Translations under genes and position numbers: made by a program | Part shown: positions 63,036 to 64,000 of the stretch, piece by piece | Layout of the letters: every line of letters begins with the position of its first letter | Numbering within the stretch: the first letter of the stretch is position 1 | Origin: an uncultured Erysipelotrichaceae bacterium | GTDB taxonomy: Bacteria > Bacillota_I > Bacilli_A > RFN20 > CAG-826 | Direction of reading: 5' to 3' | Length of the DNA: 64,000 bases | Assembly (NCBI GenBank): GCA_902800905.1 | Contig: CADCGC010000011.1 | Location: 14,389-78,388, forward strand | Notes under the pieces: model-generated | The model's database searches: none | The model's input: the letters and a program-made list of their open reading frames with translations, nothing else | Told to the model about the DNA's origin: nothing

Positions 63036-63953
63036 ATGGCAGTTAACGAGTTAGAAATGAAGAATTATTTCTCTAAAAGAGAATTTACCTCTTTTTTAGA
63101 AACTTTTAATAATTTCAACAACGTTTTAGCGGACTTCGATGAAAGACAATTCGAAGGTTTAGAACTTAACTGTTATCGACCTTTATATTATCTTTGGTGT
63201 TCAACAGTCAAAAACGCGAATGAATTCGCTCGTCAACCACACAAAAACGAATTAACTAATTATTCTTTCGATAAGGCTTTAGAAATTTACATATCATACC
63301 TTAAAGAATATATGCATTTTTATGGGCTTGATTATTTAGGACATGACTTAATAGATAAAAACATCATCATCGACTATATGTTTGGTGAAGATAAGGTCTA
63401 TCAATCATTCGTTAATGGTGTTTTTCCAGATTGGATTTTTAAAGACACTAGAACCATTGAAGGAACAAGAAAGAAACTAAAAGAATATTGCTTAAATGCA
63501 ATCACTGAACAAGAAAAACGTTTAAAGAGACTAATGGACTATTTTAGCGGTAAAGTCAGTGCCTATTCTCTTAAGAGTGAACTTGAAAGCAAGATTAATG
63601 AAGCAAGAAAACTTTATGATTCATTTAAATATGCTTCTTGGGGTGATATTAGTTACCAAAGAGAAGAAATTGCTAAAAAAGTCGATAATGTTTTCTCAAA
63701 ATATATGACTGGTCCAAATAGTTATATTGAACAAATCAAAGCAATTAGTAACGATAAAAGCTACTATGAGAACGTCAAACTATATTTCAAATTTGAGAAA
63801 AAATTAAACACCTTAGTGACATTCTTAGATTATGCCTATCAAACTAAAAAATATCGTAAAGGAAGTTCAAATTACGATTATAACAAAGATGGATACTATT
63901 TTATGTGTTTGAGGTTTGACAGCTTCTTATACGACTCAAACAAATTGTATTGA
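63036..63953 (+). CDS. Hypothetical cytoplasmic protein
   Basis: 305-aa ORF starting 1 nt after the upstream stop. No recognisable motifs. Confidence 0.4.
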   Translation: MAVNELEMKNYFSKREFTSFLETFNNFNNVLADFDERQFEGLELNCYRPLYYLWCSTVKNANEFARQPHKNELTNYSFDKALEIYISYLKEYMHFYGLDYLGHDLIDKNIIIDYMFGEDKVYQSFVNGVFPDWIFKDTRTIEGTRKKLKEYCLNAITEQEKRLKRLMDYFSGKVSAYSLKSELESKINEARKLYDSFKYASWGDISYQREEIAKKVDNVFSKYMTGPNSYIEQIKAISNDKSYYENVKLYFKFEKKLNTLVTFLDYAYQTKKYRKGSSNYDYNKDGYYFMCLRFDSFLYDSNKLY

Positions 63954-64000
63954 TAGAGACAAATAAAATTAATAAGAATTCCCATAAATTTTATGGGTTT

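Noticed and set aside
1-64000. Mycoplasma-type genetic code (TGA = Trp)
   Set aside because: Well-supported genes terminate at TGA (e.g. 1875-1877, 11033-11035, 50348-50350), and Trp in conserved motifs is encoded by TGG. The standard code 11 fits.

Overview
AT-rich segment using the standard genetic code (TGA is a stop, Trp is TGG). It looks like a low-GC Bacillota/Mycoplasmatota-type bacterium: many Cys-lipobox lipoproteins with G/S/D/P-rich linkers, and no LPXTG proteins seen. The taxon cannot be fixed from sequence alone.

Housekeeping genes lie on both sides of the accessory region: trpB 3' end, an ABC-2-type exporter, an SPFH protein, Nudix, M18 aminopeptidase, PI-PLC, XdhC, a siderophore-type ABC importer, TetR, glyA and asnA.

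The accessory region at about 13.4-40.2 kb is centred on c-di-GMP. It holds three class-I c-di-GMP (GEMM-I) riboswitches with terminator-type expression platforms. Each precedes genes whose products carry SipW-type (TasA-like) signal peptides.
- Two riboswitches head a tandemly duplicated ~4 kb module: a 263-aa protein plus a ~1000-aa beta-helix-like adhesin.
- The third heads a ~15 kb, 11-gene operon. It encodes five TasA/camelysin-like paralogues (one frameshifted), a membrane-anchored McrB-like AAA+ NTPase, and a nuclease-less McrC/DUF2357-like coiled-coil protein. It also encodes an ER/archaeal-type (SipW-like) signal peptidase, an apparently active EAL phosphodiesterase, a degenerate MTA/SAH-nucleosidase-like protein and a LapD-like degenerate GGDEF-EAL membrane protein.
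- A sixth, monocistronic paralogue (putative major subunit) sits just upstream.
- Three GGDEF cyclase genes are also in the window.

I interpret this as a previously uncharacterised c-di-GMP-gated, SipW-dependent fibre/adhesin system with an unusual McrBC-derived component.

Other notable items:
- Two candidate phase-variable loci: (CT)9 inside a promoter spacer, and a T7 tract that puts an RBS+ATG out of frame with a ~1050-aa lipoprotein ORF.
- An AAA/DUF4143 ATPase pseudogene cassette bracketed by identical 26-bp terminators and preceded by a 34-bp tandem repeat.
- Two decayed RhuM fragments.

No rRNA, tRNA or CRISPR array was recognised.
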